Shown: positions 39,263 to 49,677 of the stretch, piece by piece
How positions within the stretch are numbered: the stretch's first letter is position 1
Layout of the letters: the number at the start of each line of letters is the position of its first letter
Sequence record: OZ335961.1
Strand: one strand, 5' to 3'
Length of the DNA: 64,000 nt
From: a phage
Position numbers and translations under genes: made by a program
Notes under the pieces: model-generated
The model's input: only the letters and a program-made list of their open reading frames with translations
Databases searched by the model: none
What the model was told of the DNA's origin: nothing

Positions 39263-39949
39263 TTAAAAATCGTGGGTAGAATCAGCTTCAAGAGCTACTA
39301 CATAATTCGCATGTTCACCTTCAAATTTAGCAGCGCCTTGTTTACCTTTTGCCCAGAGCAGAAGTTTATAATTTCCTGGTTGCATTTTCATATTTGCCAT
39401 ATTGATAATGAAATTAAATGTATTTTCACCATCATAATCACCAAGAGTCAAAGAATATTTAACACGGGTCAAAGCAGAATCTTCTACTTTGTTAAAACCG
39501 TTAATTACGATTTTACCTTCTTTTACTGTGATAGCAATTGTATCAATCTGCAGACCGCGAGATACACGCAACAGCTGTTGAAGGTCTTCAGCTTTAATTT
39601 CGGTAACAACAGATGCTACCGGGAATGGAATTGGTTTATTAGGAGCAACTACTGTACTTGGATCGGCTGCTGGCCAAAAAATTGTTGAACGAGCATCAGC
39701 AATTTTAATATTTCCATCTTCTGACTGGGAAATTTCTGCATCGTCATTAACTAGGGACAGAATACCGAGAAAACCGTTCAAATCGTAAATTGCTACATCA
39801 AAATCAATGGTGTCAGAAATATTTGCTTCCGCATAAGTTGTACCATTAACTGCGCGAGTCATAATAAATTGACCGGATTTAAGCATAATACCAGAGTTAA
39901 TAGTAGCGAAATTTTTAAGCAGAGCAGTAGTATCTTTAGACAGTTTCAT
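39263..39949 (-). CDS. 45: sliding clamp
   Basis: 228 aa; recognised. Confidence 0.92.
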   Translation of the reverse strand: MKLSKDTTALLKNFATINSGIMLKSGQFIMTRAVNGTTYAEANISDTIDFDVAIYDLNGFLGILSLVNDDAEISQSEDGNIKIADARSTIFWPAADPSTVVAPNKPIPFPVASVVTEIKAEDLQQLLRVSRGLQIDTIAITVKEGKIVINGFNKVEDSALTRVKYSLTLGDYDGENTFNFIINMANMKMQPGNYKLLLWAKGKQGAAKFEGEHANYVVALEADSTHDF

Positions 39950-40004
39950 GTAATTTCCTTCAATTCAAATGAGATTTAATTTTATAACTAATTTAATAAA
40001 GCAA

Positions 40005-40394
40005 TTAACGATTAAAATCGGCAGCAATTGTTTCCGCAACAAGTTGAGCAGCAACAATTAGACGTTCATCTGCATTACCGCAATAATCATCTTCAAGGCG
40101 TTCACCACATGAAGTCATAATAAATTTAGCACCAGCATTTAAAGATTCTGTCGTATGTTTGCGCATTAGTTCAATCCATTTATTGCTTACTTCACGATCG
40201 ATAGCTTCATAATACGCATGACGAGCAGGTGCAGATTTAATTTTATTCTGAATAACTTCCATCGCGTTATCAGAAAGAGACAAAACCCATGCTCGACGAA
40301 TTTTATTTTGATTTTGTGGATTTGATTCAGAACGCACGTGTTTTGGCTGAATATCTTTTACATCAACAGTATAATTCACAGTAATTTTAGTCAT
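40005..40394 (-). CDS. rpbA: RNA polymerase-binding protein RpbA
   Basis: 129 aa; recognised. Confidence 0.85.
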   Translation of the reverse strand: MTKITVNYTVDVKDIQPKHVRSESNPQNQNKIRRAWVLSLSDNAMEVIQNKIKSAPARHAYYEAIDREVSNKWIELMRKHTTESLNAGAKFIMTSCGERLEDDYCGNADERLIVAAQLVAETIAADFNR

Positions 40395-40403
40395 AATACA
40401 CCT

Positions 40404-40592
40404 TTAGTCATAATAATCAGTAACAGTCCAAGCTTCATTTCTGTTGGACATTATTTTCGTATATTCTGCTTTAAATGCATTCTTAAGCATAGATTCAGTA
40501 ACTATATGCTCTTCATTAGAAAAATTATTTCTCAGAATATATCGTTTTATTTCAGGAATAGTTAATAGATGCTGTCCAGTTGAATATTCCAT
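40404..40592 (-). CDS. hypothetical protein (62 aa)
   Basis: ORF. Confidence 0.45.
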   Translation of the reverse strand: MEYSTGQHLLTIPEIKRYILRNNFSNEEHIVTESMLKNAFKAEYTKIMSNRNEAWTVTDYYD

Positions 40593-40647
40593 GTTTTTCC
40601 TCCATAGAGATTATACTCTAATAAATTAAAGCATAATCTCTTATAAA

Positions 40648-42330
40648 TTAAACCATTACAGTAAATCGACCAACTTTCTTCATTTGAAGATGTTGACCGT
40701 ATGCTTGCGGGTCATGGTCTCTATGTGAAATAACAAAAACATTAGTATTTTTTAAACTATCTAAAATAGTTGAAATAGCTTTTACGCCTTCAACATCGGT
40801 TGCTGAATCAAAAACTTCATCAAGAATTAATGTGTTTATTTTAACACCTGAAACTTTTTCGGCAATATCACGCCAAGTAAATAAAAGAGCAATATCAATT
40901 CGTGCTTTTTCGCCTTGACTGAATGAAGCATAACTAAAATCTTCGCGACCACGGGATTTAATTGTCTCATTAAATTCTTCATCTAATGTAAACACATAAT
41001 CCGCTTCCATTATTTTAAGATAATGGTTAATCTGCTTATTAAATAATGGAATGTACTTTTTAATAATAGCACCTTTAATACCAGAATCTTTGAGCATATC
41101 AGTCAAAATTCCTCTGTGGTATTTTTCCATTACTAAATTAGTTTTTGTCTTAACAATTTTATCAAGTTCTTCTTGAAGCAGTGCTATTTCATCAGCATGG
41201 TCAATAAACTCGGATGATGCTTTTTCTATAGCCGCTTTAACTTTTTTAGCTTTATCTACCGTCGTGATTAGAGATTGCTTTTTATTGCGAATATCATTCG
41301 CCAACGTCTGTTGGGTTTTAATATTATCTCGGTATTCATCAACAAGAACTTTTAAATTATCACGATGTGTTGAAAGCTGTTCAAACGAATGCGTGCATTC
41401 AGAAACTTTATCTTTAATTTTAGAAACAACTTTATCACCGGAACTTAATTGTGACAAACAGGTTGGACATAATCCACCTTCGTGATACATATTAATGACT
41501 TTATTATACGAGTCAATTTTTGATTTAATTAAAAATGCTTCTTGACCGATTTTATTAAATGCATCAGTTGGATCTTCATCCAAAACAATATTAACTAATC
41601 TTTCATTAGCTTCTTCTATTTCCGATTTTAACGTTCTAGCTTCTTTTGCCAAATCATCATACATATTCTGCAGACGAGTAAGGTTATCACCAGTTAATTT
41701 TTTCTGGCGTTCAACGTTATCATTATATATTTTAATTTGTTGGATAATACTATCTTTTTTAACATCAAGCACTTGGTTTTGTGAATTTAATTCACGTATT
41801 AGTGCTTTATTAAGCTTATCCATTTCAGCTAATGTTCCTACCTCGAGCAGGTCTTCGACAAGCTTTCTTCTTGCAGGAGTGGATAGGCCCATAAAAGGGG
41901 TATATCCAGCCGTGCCGAGTACGACGATCTGTTTGAAACTGGCATATGACATTCCGATAAGCTGTTCAAATTCTGCTTGGAAATCTTTACTGCTGGCAGA
42001 TTCATTAAGACGTGTACCGTTAACGGTGATTTCGAAAACATTCGGTTTTTGTCCTCTTTTGATATAGTACTTTTTCTCATCATATTCCATCCACAGTTCA
42101 ACTAAAAGTTCTTTCTTATTTGTGCTGTTTATTAATTGACCTTTCTTTACATCGCGGAATGGCTTGCCAAAAAGCCCAAATGTGATGGCTTCTAACATAG
42201 TAGACTTACCACCACCATTTCGCCCAGTAATAAGAGTTTTTTGAACCTTATCTAGTTGAATATCAATAGGATTTCCACCTACTGACATTATATTTTGATA
42301 CCTAACTCGGTTTAGTTTAAAATTCTTCAC
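40648..42330 (-). CDS. 46: recombination nuclease subunit (Rad50-like)
   Basis: 560 aa, Walker A GRNGGGKST; recognised. Confidence 0.92.
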   Translation of the reverse strand: MKNFKLNRVRYQNIMSVGGNPIDIQLDKVQKTLITGRNGGGKSTMLEAITFGLFGKPFRDVKKGQLINSTNKKELLVELWMEYDEKKYYIKRGQKPNVFEITVNGTRLNESASSKDFQAEFEQLIGMSYASFKQIVVLGTAGYTPFMGLSTPARRKLVEDLLEVGTLAEMDKLNKALIRELNSQNQVLDVKKDSIIQQIKIYNDNVERQKKLTGDNLTRLQNMYDDLAKEARTLKSEIEEANERLVNIVLDEDPTDAFNKIGQEAFLIKSKIDSYNKVINMYHEGGLCPTCLSQLSSGDKVVSKIKDKVSECTHSFEQLSTHRDNLKVLVDEYRDNIKTQQTLANDIRNKKQSLITTVDKAKKVKAAIEKASSEFIDHADEIALLQEELDKIVKTKTNLVMEKYHRGILTDMLKDSGIKGAIIKKYIPLFNKQINHYLKIMEADYVFTLDEEFNETIKSRGREDFSYASFSQGEKARIDIALLFTWRDIAEKVSGVKINTLILDEVFDSATDVEGVKAISTILDSLKNTNVFVISHRDHDPQAYGQHLQMKKVGRFTVMV

Positions 42331-42590
42331 AAAAGATTCCTTTTAATGTATCTTTTAGACCATTCTATCATATCATCATAATCTAAAAAGTATTCATCAA
42401 ATTCAGCCATGCAAACAACACCTTGCGCTGCTTTTGATGTGATATAAATTATTCCAACATATCTAGAATCTTCTTCGGTGTAATCAATATTTGCTATGAA
42501 TTCATCGTTAATGTCAAATGTCGAAAACTTCACAATATGCATCCTTAATACAAGATACAGCCATATCTTGTAATGATTTAGGTGTGTCAT
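42327..42590 (-). CDS. hypothetical protein (87 aa)
   Basis: ORF. Confidence 0.5.
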   Translation of the reverse strand: MTHLNHYKIWLYLVLRMHIVKFSTFDINDEFIANIDYTEEDSRYVGIIYITSKAAQGVVCMAEFDEYFLDYDDMIEWSKRYIKRNLL

Positions 42591-42777
42591 TATCTAAAAT
42601 GTTGAAGTTAAAAGATACAGCCCAATCAGTGCAGACCGTAACCTTTTTAATACAATTATCTTCAACCTCTAGCGGTTCAAACCAATATTCAATAATTTCT
42701 TTATGCCCAATATCATCTTTTACTTCGCATTCAAAATGCTGACTCATCATAACATTTTTAAATTCATCAAAAGTCAT
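42514..42777 (-). CDS. hypothetical protein (87 aa)
   Basis: ORF overlapping neighbour. Confidence 0.45.
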   Translation of the reverse strand: MTFDEFKNVMMSQHFECEVKDDIGHKEIIEYWFEPLEVEDNCIKKVTVCTDWAVSFNFNILDNDTPKSLQDMAVSCIKDAYCEVFDI

Positions 42778-43793
42778 TGTGTTGCCTCTACATATAACTG
42801 ATTTGCATATTGAATAAGTGCTTCGCGGTCAGAATCAGTGATGTCTGGAATTGCATTAATGTATTCTTCCATCAACATCTGAAGAGATTGAACTTCAACT
42901 TCTTCACTATCATCTGACTCGACAGAGTTATCAATCTTTGACACAACTCGTAATGAATGCACAACTTTTTCTAGTTCAGATTCGAACTTCGTTAGATTTT
43001 TGTCTACTTCAGTTACTATAACACGCACTGATAGATTTGTAAAATCTTTATAGTCAATTTTTCCCTTAAATGGATACTGAATTCGACGATGCCAGGTGGT
43101 GTTGTTTGGAATAAATTCCATTCGTTCTGTTTCTGTATCAAACATCCAGAACCCGCGAGGGTCATTCTCGTCACCTGCAGTTAGTGTCCATGGTGTCCCA
43201 ATATATCTGACGTTAGCAGCCTCAGAGATAGTATGGAAGTGACCAGACCACACTTCCTTATAAGTCTTAAGGAAATCAGGTTCAAGACCGTGAGATTTCA
43301 TTCCTTTATAAAAATAAAATCCATTCAGTTCCCAGTGACCAACACAAAAAGAAGCAGATGAAGTTTTGATGTGTTCAAGAATTTCACCAGTATTTTCTTC
43401 GCACATCCAAGGAATTAAATCAATCAAACATCCGTCAAAATCTACTGTAGTAGGCTTATCATATACTTTAACATTAGGATATTTAGCCAAAAGCTCAGTA
43501 GAAGCATTTGGAGTTAAAGTATTTTTAAAGTGCATATCATGGTTTCCTACAACAGTATGTAGGGTAATACCAGCATCATCAAGCATTTGAACTATTTCAC
43601 GGGCGAATTCCATAGTTTTATGCGTGATTGCTTTTCGCACATCAAAAATATCGCCGTATTGAATCCATGCAGTAATTCCATTTTTCTTAGAATATTCTAT
43701 TGCTTGTTTAATTCCATCCAACTGAATGGATTGAACCCACTCATCATCGGCTTTAACACCTAAATGCCAATCACCTAAATTTAAAATTTTCAT
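42774..43793 (-). CDS. 47: recombination nuclease subunit (Mre11-like)
   Basis: 339 aa; phosphoesterase motifs; recognised. Confidence 0.92.
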   Translation of the reverse strand: MKILNLGDWHLGVKADDEWVQSIQLDGIKQAIEYSKKNGITAWIQYGDIFDVRKAITHKTMEFAREIVQMLDDAGITLHTVVGNHDMHFKNTLTPNASTELLAKYPNVKVYDKPTTVDFDGCLIDLIPWMCEENTGEILEHIKTSSASFCVGHWELNGFYFYKGMKSHGLEPDFLKTYKEVWSGHFHTISEAANVRYIGTPWTLTAGDENDPRGFWMFDTETERMEFIPNNTTWHRRIQYPFKGKIDYKDFTNLSVRVIVTEVDKNLTKFESELEKVVHSLRVVSKIDNSVESDDSEEVEVQSLQMLMEEYINAIPDITDSDREALIQYANQLYVEATQ

Positions 43794-43956
43794 ATATCAA
43801 GAACCGTCATTGAAATGCAAAATAAAATTATTGAAATAAATCCATCTGGAGTGCTAAAGAACCCAATCCAACACGCTCTAGTGAATAGATAAAATGCGAG
43901 AAAAAGTATCACATATCCAAGAAATATCATTATATCAAACTCCGTATAAAGCTAAA

Positions 43957-43968
43957 GGGCCGAAGCCC
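43957..43968 (-). other. UUCG-tetraloop RNA hairpin
   Basis: gggccgaagccc at a-gt stop. Confidence 0.5.
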
Positions 43969-43969
43969 T

Positions 43970-45172
43970 TTATTTTGTAATAATGTCAAACTGTTCTTTA
44001 AAACAGAAGCTTGAATCTTGATGCTGATACAAAAATTCATAAGCTTTTTCACGTTCACGGTCATAAAGATTTCGGTCAGATGACAGTTCTTTAATACGCT
44101 CAAATGTTGATTCCATGTCATTTTCATCAAACCAAACGATACCGCTATCATGAGAAATTAACGGAGTATTATCAACACGGAATTTTAAATTTTCGCCAGT
44201 AGATTTCCAAAATACCGGAATTGTTCCACACGCACCAAGCTCGAGATGAGTATATTCTAAAGAACGTTGTAGATATTTTTTATCTAATTTACTCAGCTGA
44301 TAACCAAATCCGGATTTACTCATGCGTTCAAGCATTTCGCTATTTACATAACGGTCAAGAATTTGCGTTGGCAAATTAGGAGCAATTTTAATTTGGTCTA
44401 CTTGATGAAGACGATAATACTCGTATGGAATTCCTTTTTCTTTAATAGGAATGAACGCTGGAGAACGTTCCAGACCTTCCATAATAGTACTTAGTCCTGC
44501 AGGTTTAAGATGTTTTTCGTGAAAATCAAACATCTGATAAAAGCCTTTCCATGTAGTCGTACGACCAATCCAACGGTTGACATTCATGTTAATTTCAGAA
44601 ACATCTTTCCAGTAGGTTGATCGAACCTTCACAATATCCATAGGAGGCTGAAAGTTGTATACAGTCGGTGCTTCTTCAATATCATCAAACAGTGAAACAG
44701 TTTCTGGATACCATTCTTTCATCAAAACTTTATTAAAATCGCCATTATCAGAATGACTAAAAATAACATCAGCTCGACGAACAGTTTCTTCTAATCCCAA
44801 ATTTCGGCGCAAAGAAAGAGAAGAATGGTCATGTTGATAAACTACAACACGAACCGAAGGTTTAATGTTATCAATAATTTTTTTATAGTTATTAATAGTG
44901 TCTTCTTCGACTGAAGTAGCAGGAACTGAATTGATAATTAGAATATCACAATCATTTACCAGCTTAAGTGTTTTATCGTATTCTTTTGCCAATAAAACCG
45001 GAATTGAAAATGATTTATAATCATGCGCGCAATTACGGGTAAATGATTTATCTTTAGCATAAACCAAAGTTACTTCATGACCATTTTTAATAAACCAATC
45101 ACGTTGCTCAAGAGAAAATTTAGTTACGCCACAACCTTCAAGACCTCGAGCCATAAAAATGCATACTTTCAT
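43970..45172 (-). CDS. a-gt: DNA alpha-glucosyltransferase
   Basis: 400 aa; recognised. Confidence 0.88.
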   Translation of the reverse strand: MKVCIFMARGLEGCGVTKFSLEQRDWFIKNGHEVTLVYAKDKSFTRNCAHDYKSFSIPVLLAKEYDKTLKLVNDCDILIINSVPATSVEEDTINNYKKIIDNIKPSVRVVVYQHDHSSLSLRRNLGLEETVRRADVIFSHSDNGDFNKVLMKEWYPETVSLFDDIEEAPTVYNFQPPMDIVKVRSTYWKDVSEINMNVNRWIGRTTTWKGFYQMFDFHEKHLKPAGLSTIMEGLERSPAFIPIKEKGIPYEYYRLHQVDQIKIAPNLPTQILDRYVNSEMLERMSKSGFGYQLSKLDKKYLQRSLEYTHLELGACGTIPVFWKSTGENLKFRVDNTPLISHDSGIVWFDENDMESTFERIKELSSDRNLYDREREKAYEFLYQHQDSSFCFKEQFDIITK

Positions 45173-45189
45173 TTAATATCCTCATTGTT

Positions 45190-45221
45190 TTGGTTTATTT
45201 TACCAAAAATTTATAAAGCAA
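45190..45221 (-). promoter_or_regulatory. possible MotA-dependent middle promoter
   Basis: minus strand ATTGCTTTA (MotA box) -11- TAAAAT upstream of a-gt. Confidence 0.35.
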
Positions 45222-45224
45222 TAT

Positions 45225-45240
45225 AGGAGCCGAAGCTCCT
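45225..45240 (-). other. UUCG-tetraloop RNA hairpin
   Basis: aggagccgaagctcct. Confidence 0.45.
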
Positions 45241-45415
45241 ATCCGCATAATACACCATACAGAGGCTCATTAGAGCTTCTAAATTTTATACGTTTATGTG
45301 TTATAGTTCCTTTTGCTTTAGCTTTATCATGAGACTCTTTAAAGCGTCTCATCATTTCTACTTTAAAGGAACGAATTTTATTATAATCTATTTCAGAAGT
45401 CTGGGCGTTCATCTT

Positions 45416-45622
45416 TCACAGTTGCCACCATTTTTTGACTTGATAAGAATCAACCCACACTTTCATATTAGGGTCTGCTCTTACAATAGGAGGATTAACT
45501 TCTTTAATTGAACTATCATGGTATTCCTTTTCAGAAATTTTCACGCAAAGATGACCATTCAAAGATTCAGTAAATCCTGCATTAATTTTAAGACGCTTGA
45601 ATTTTACGTGTGTAAGCATCAA
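45416..45622 (-). CDS. hypothetical protein (68 aa)
   Basis: ORF. Confidence 0.4.
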   Translation of the reverse strand: MMLTHVKFKRLKINAGFTESLNGHLCVKISEKEYHDSSIKEVNPPIVRADPNMKVWVDSYQVKKWWQL

Positions 45623-45905
45623 TCATATCCTCAATCTGCGATCTAGTAGTCTTCCAAAGAATACTAATGAGTTCATCGTTATATGGCTGTTTTAGAATAT
45701 CCCGACTTTTCTTGATAGCATATTCGTATTGAGCAAAATTATTGTTTTCAGCTGCAATCTGAGCGTGCTTATAAAGACGGTTCAGTTCGCGTTTGTTTTT
45801 AGACAATAACTTATTTGCTTTTCTTTCTGCTTCAAGACGGTTCTTTTCTTCAATAGAAGAAATAAGCTTTTCCACTTCATCATTAATTTCGGGTTTATCA
45901 GTCAT
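45588..45905 (-). CDS. hypothetical protein (105 aa)
   Basis: ORF. Confidence 0.5.
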   Translation of the reverse strand: MTDKPEINDEVEKLISSIEEKNRLEAERKANKLLSKNKRELNRLYKHAQIAAENNNFAQYEYAIKKSRDILKQPYNDELISILWKTTRSQIEDMIDAYTRKIQAS

Positions 45906-45906
45906 A

Positions 45907-46125
45907 TTATTTCTCTAATATAAAATAAAAATCATCATCTGTTAAATGATACCGATAGTTTAATTCTACACCATTAGATTTAAAAGCGGTATCATACGGA
46001 TTTTCTGGATCAATATCAATGTCAAGAGCTAAAACTTCCCTGAGATACATTTTAAGTAAATAGGGAATAGCTTCAACTTCAGGTATTTCTTCCAAGAATC
46101 CGGAGAGGTTAATCGTTAGCCTCAT
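45907..46125 (-). CDS. hypothetical protein (72 aa)
   Basis: ORF. Confidence 0.5.
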
Positions 46126-46666
46126 ATAAAAAATCCAAACTAGGAGAATCGTCTACAACACTTTTCTTTTCAGCCCCCGGTGTTCTATAGGTTGATTCTT
46201 CGTAATGCGTCATTTTATCGTAGATGTCTTGAATAAAAGTTTCATCTACTAACGCAACCATATCGTCGTCACGACTGTCATAGACATTGTGAACGAAGTA
46301 ACTGTATTTCTTTGCAACTTCCTTACGTTCTTTTTTAATACGTTGGACGAATGCATTAAAACAAGCTTGAGTTATATATGCATGTGGGTTTTTATATTTC
46401 GTTTCATCAAAATTATGAAGTCCCTTAATAGAAGCTTCTATACCATCTGCAATCATTTCTTGTTTCCAGGATTGGGTGTATCCTGAAAAGTTGAAACGTT
46501 TAGATAAGCCTTCTGCGATAAGCATAATGGCTAATCCGATAGTATCATTCTGACGAACTACTTTATTTGGGTCTTTATTATTTGCTAATTCTGTTTTCCA
46601 ATCAATAATAGCTTGTAAAAGCTCTTTATTGTTTACGTAATTATATTTAGGCTTAGTTTCTGACAT
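46109..46666 (-). CDS. 55: late sigma factor gp55
   Basis: 185 aa from [14 protein letters not shown] with GAGGTG SD; recognised. Confidence 0.9.
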
Positions 46667-46744
46667 TTTCACCTCTTAGCTCAATTCATAGATCTATTAT
46701 ATCATAATATTTGAAGATCTATCTTAAAGCATAGAGGGTATCAG

Positions 46745-47014
46745 TTATCTAAGTAAGCAGTATGCTTGGAATACTTTCTCCATCATCTTTTTAAATTCAT
46801 GAATATCTATATAATGACTAGTTAAATCAGCATGATATAAAAAGTCTAAAAACTTTTCATGTGTGCTAACATATTCACTTTCATTTAATTCAGAAACATG
46901 GCTTTCCCAATATCCAACACCAGTCTTATTTGGGAAAAATGAAATTTTCATGTATTGGTCAACATAGAAAATGCCATAATTTTCAATAGTAATAGAAATA
47001 TTAATAAATTTCAT
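46745..47014 (-). CDS. hypothetical protein (89 aa)
   Basis: ORF. Confidence 0.5.
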   Translation of the reverse strand: MKFINISITIENYGIFYVDQYMKISFFPNKTGVGYWESHVSELNESEYVSTHEKFLDFLYHADLTSHYIDIHEFKKMMEKVFQAYCLLR

Positions 47015-47232
47015 GCATTCATCAACTTAGCCGCTTCAAGAGCTGCATCTAGTGAATCAAACTGGTCAACGTATTCAATCAATTCGCCATAATTAGCGTA
47101 TAACCACCATTGGCTAAATTCATACTCAAGGATGAATCCATTTCCTTCAATTTGAGTTAAACCAATGCCATTTGTATTTACTTCATATCCGGCAAGACGT
47201 AAATCGTTAATAAGAGCTTCGTTCATATTCAT
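47011..47232 (-). CDS. hypothetical protein (73 aa)
   Basis: ORF. Confidence 0.5.
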   Translation of the reverse strand: MNMNEALINDLRLAGYEVNTNGIGLTQIEGNGFILEYEFSQWWLYANYGELIEYVDQFDSLDAALEAAKLMNA

Positions 47233-47555
47233 ACCTTAGCAATTTTCAGGTCAGCAAATTTTTTCTTGCGTTGATTTTTCATACGACGAATAGTTTTATC
47301 AGAAATTTCATGCTTTTGATAAGCTTTAGATTCTACGCCAAAAGCTTTAACATCAAATTCTGACAAGATATATTGAACCAACAATTCGCGGACAGTATTG
47401 CGTCCAATCTTCTGATCGTTCTGTTTCATCGTCTGATGAAGCTCTTTTTCCCATTTATCCAAAATTTGAGGAGTTACAATATCGCCTTTTTCTAGCAAAG
47501 AAACTACTTTATCATATGCATAAGAATTGATGGCGTTTTTAATTTGAATAGTCAT
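47229..47555 (-). CDS. hypothetical protein (108 aa)
   Basis: ORF. Confidence 0.5.
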   Translation of the reverse strand: MTIQIKNAINSYAYDKVVSLLEKGDIVTPQILDKWEKELHQTMKQNDQKIGRNTVRELLVQYILSEFDVKAFGVESKAYQKHEISDKTIRRMKNQRKKKFADLKIAKV

Positions 47556-47595
47556 ACATTATCCTCAATTACATTAAAATTTTATTATCCAAAAA

Positions 47596-47609
47596 GGGCC
47601 GAAGCCCTT
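47596..47609 (-). other. UUCG-tetraloop RNA hairpin
   Basis: agggccgaagccct. Confidence 0.45.
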
Positions 47610-47808
47610 AGCTAAACTGTTTGGCACCCTTCCAGCCTTCGTACATCATTGCAGCTGATATTAATATTGCTCCTGCGCATTTTGAATATTTGTGATTCCA
47701 AAACCAATTTAGAAAAACTTCGTCATCAATACCTTGGGCTATCATATTTTCAAAGAACTGGCGACGAGCTTCAGCAATTCGTTGCGATAATTTAGATTCA
47801 GGATTCAT
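47608..47808 (-). CDS. hypothetical protein (66 aa)
   Basis: ORF. Confidence 0.45.
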   Translation of the reverse strand: MNPESKLSQRIAEARRQFFENMIAQGIDDEVFLNWFWNHKYSKCAGAILISAAMMYEGWKGAKQFS

Positions 47809-47946
47809 TTAAATTTTCCAGTTACCATTTTCATCAATAAATTTAATCCAGTCATTTACTGACCACTTGGTCGTATCGCCTTTGGAGCAACATTTAAAGT
47901 GTATAATCCTTGTTTAAAAAGCATGCGTTTGATATTCATATTTTCC

Positions 47947-48240
47947 TCAGCTGTAACGATAGCACTCGTTTGATTTACGCTTAGCAACTCGTTGAGAAGT
48001 ATTATAATCAAAATCATCATCAATGTAAACTGATTTTTTCAACTTTCTTACTTCACCACGTAATTGACGATTTAGCTCATCTTTAACTTCTGAATCAATG
48101 CCTTTCATTCTACGCCATTTATCTGAGCGAAAAATGTTTTCAACCATATCTTTATAACTTACACCATCAGGAGCTTTACGCTTTCCGAAATAGTCATAAT
48201 CACGAACTTTCAAGTCTTTACGACGATACGTTTTACCCAT
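47947..48240 (-). CDS. hypothetical basic protein (97 aa)
   Basis: ATG MGKTYRRKDL; track start is GTG. Confidence 0.45.
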   Translation of the reverse strand: MGKTYRRKDLKVRDYDYFGKRKAPDGVSYKDMVENIFRSDKWRRMKGIDSEVKDELNRQLRGEVRKLKKSVYIDDDFDYNTSQRVAKRKSNECYRYS

Positions 48241-48409
48241 GGAGTTTAATTTCCTTAGCAACTGAACTAAATACAGCACGATCACAAATCAAGTGTTTAT
48301 TCCATTTAAGTAAAATATAGTGAACCTCAAAATCATCTACTGCTGTAACAATAACAATATGTCCGTTAACACGATAATACTGATCTCTTTTAATCTCTTT
48401 ATCAACCAT
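48233..48409 (-). CDS. small hypothetical protein (58 aa)
   Basis: hand-read, GAGGA SD, overlaps next gene start. Confidence 0.4.
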   Translation of the reverse strand: MVDKEIKRDQYYRVNGHIVIVTAVDDFEVHYILLKWNKHLICDRAVFSSVAKEIKLHG

Positions 48410-48439
48410 ATCAAATCCTCAAAGGCAATTCATATGTTA

Positions 48440-48469
48440 ATAATACCACAGTTTGAACTTCCTGTAAAC
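48440..48469 (-). promoter_or_regulatory. T4-type early promoter
   Basis: TTTACA -17- TGGTATTAT. Confidence 0.65.
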
Positions 48470-48542
48470 AACTTTGTGAAAATTATTTTAGGGAACGATA
48501 AGAAGGGAACGATAGCTTAGAATGGTAATATACAGAATGTGA

Positions 48543-48564
48543 GAAAGAAAGGCCCAGAGGGCCC
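48543..48564 (-). terminator. terminator-like hairpin after nrdH-like gene
   Basis: ggccc-agag-ggccc followed on minus strand by UUUCUUUC. Confidence 0.45.
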
Positions 48565-48567
48565 GTC

Positions 48568-48876
48568 TTAATCTTCTATGATATCTCTATCATATCCAAG
48601 TGAAATGAGAGTTTCTTTGAAGTGTTTAATGTTCTTTTGTCTAGAATCATTGATGAAAATGACTGGATAACGAATGTTAAGAGATGTGAATCCAGCGCGT
48701 TTAGCAAGAGATACAATCAGTGGACGATCATACTCAATCTTACCATTATTTGTAAGAACTTTATAGAAAGTAAAAGGAGCATTGAGCTCCTTTAGAAGTT
48801 TTGTAACTGATTGACATCCAGGACAACGACCTACTTCATCTGGAATTCCATAGACTTCAATCTTGTTTTGTTTCAC
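48568..48876 (-). CDS. glutaredoxin-like redoxin (NrdH-like)
   Basis: 102 aa, CPGC motif, adjacent to nrdG/nrdD. Confidence 0.6.
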   Translation of the reverse strand: MKQNKIEVYGIPDEVGRCPGCQSVTKLLKELNAPFTFYKVLTNNGKIEYDRPLIVSLAKRAGFTSLNIRYPVIFINDSRQKNIKHFKETLISLGYDRDIIED

Positions 48877-48878
48877 AA

Positions 48879-49091
48879 CTATTCCTTACTAAGAACAGCA
48901 TTCAGTTTGTTAGTAATTTTATCCAGACGCTCATTGAACTCGCTAGAAGACAGTCCTTTTTCTGGAGAAATCAAACTAATCACGAAAAATATAGCAATAA
49001 AAGGAATAAGAAAAATAGCTCCAACTGCCATAAACAAAAAGAATGTTACTGTTGTAAGAAAATCAGCTAAACCTTTACGAAATTTATACAT
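48879..49091 (-). CDS. small membrane protein (70 aa)
   Basis: hydrophobic ORF. Confidence 0.5.
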   Translation of the reverse strand: MYKFRKGLADFLTTVTFFLFMAVGAIFLIPFIAIFFVISLISPEKGLSSSEFNERLDKITNKLNAVLSKE

Positions 49092-49206
49092 ATTTTACCC
49101 TTAATTGATTAACCAAGCATTGATAAGCACTAAACTATATTGTGAATAAAATTCTGGACCAAAATGAAAAATCATATCATTTATAGTGTCCATAATATAA
49201 TTCAAT

Positions 49207-49677
49207 TTAATCATGTTTCCACACCCCATCGGTATTTGACCAAAGTCGCTGATTATCTGATCCTCGCCACAGCTTTTTGGTCGGAAGATTTTTCTCATAC
49301 TTCCCATCAATAATAACATCAACATATTTAAGCATTTCTAGTTGTTTAATATCTTCAAACTTATATCCTGTCCACAACCAAATGCTTTTATTGGGATAAA
49401 GATTTTTTACTGTTTGAACAATGCAATGAACAACATCTCGGTTATCAGGATAGAGGGGGTCTCCTCCAGTTATAGTTAATCCTTCTATATAATCATTATT
49501 CAAACATTCAATTAATTGCTCTAGTGTTTCACCAGTGAATGGAATACCATTTCTAGCATTCCATGTTGATTTATTATAACACCCCTCGCATTTATGCAAA
49601 CAACCTGTAACGAAAAGAACGACCCTGCATCCAGGGCCATTCACAAAATCGCAAGGATAAAATCTATCATAATTCAT
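49207..49677 (-). CDS. nrdG: anaerobic ribonucleotide reductase activating protein (radical SAM)
   Basis: 156 aa, CxxxCxxC; recognised. Confidence 0.9.
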   Translation of the reverse strand: MNYDRFYPCDFVNGPGCRVVLFVTGCLHKCEGCYNKSTWNARNGIPFTGETLEQLIECLNNDYIEGLTITGGDPLYPDNRDVVHCIVQTVKNLYPNKSIWLWTGYKFEDIKQLEMLKYVDVIIDGKYEKNLPTKKLWRGSDNQRLWSNTDGVWKHD

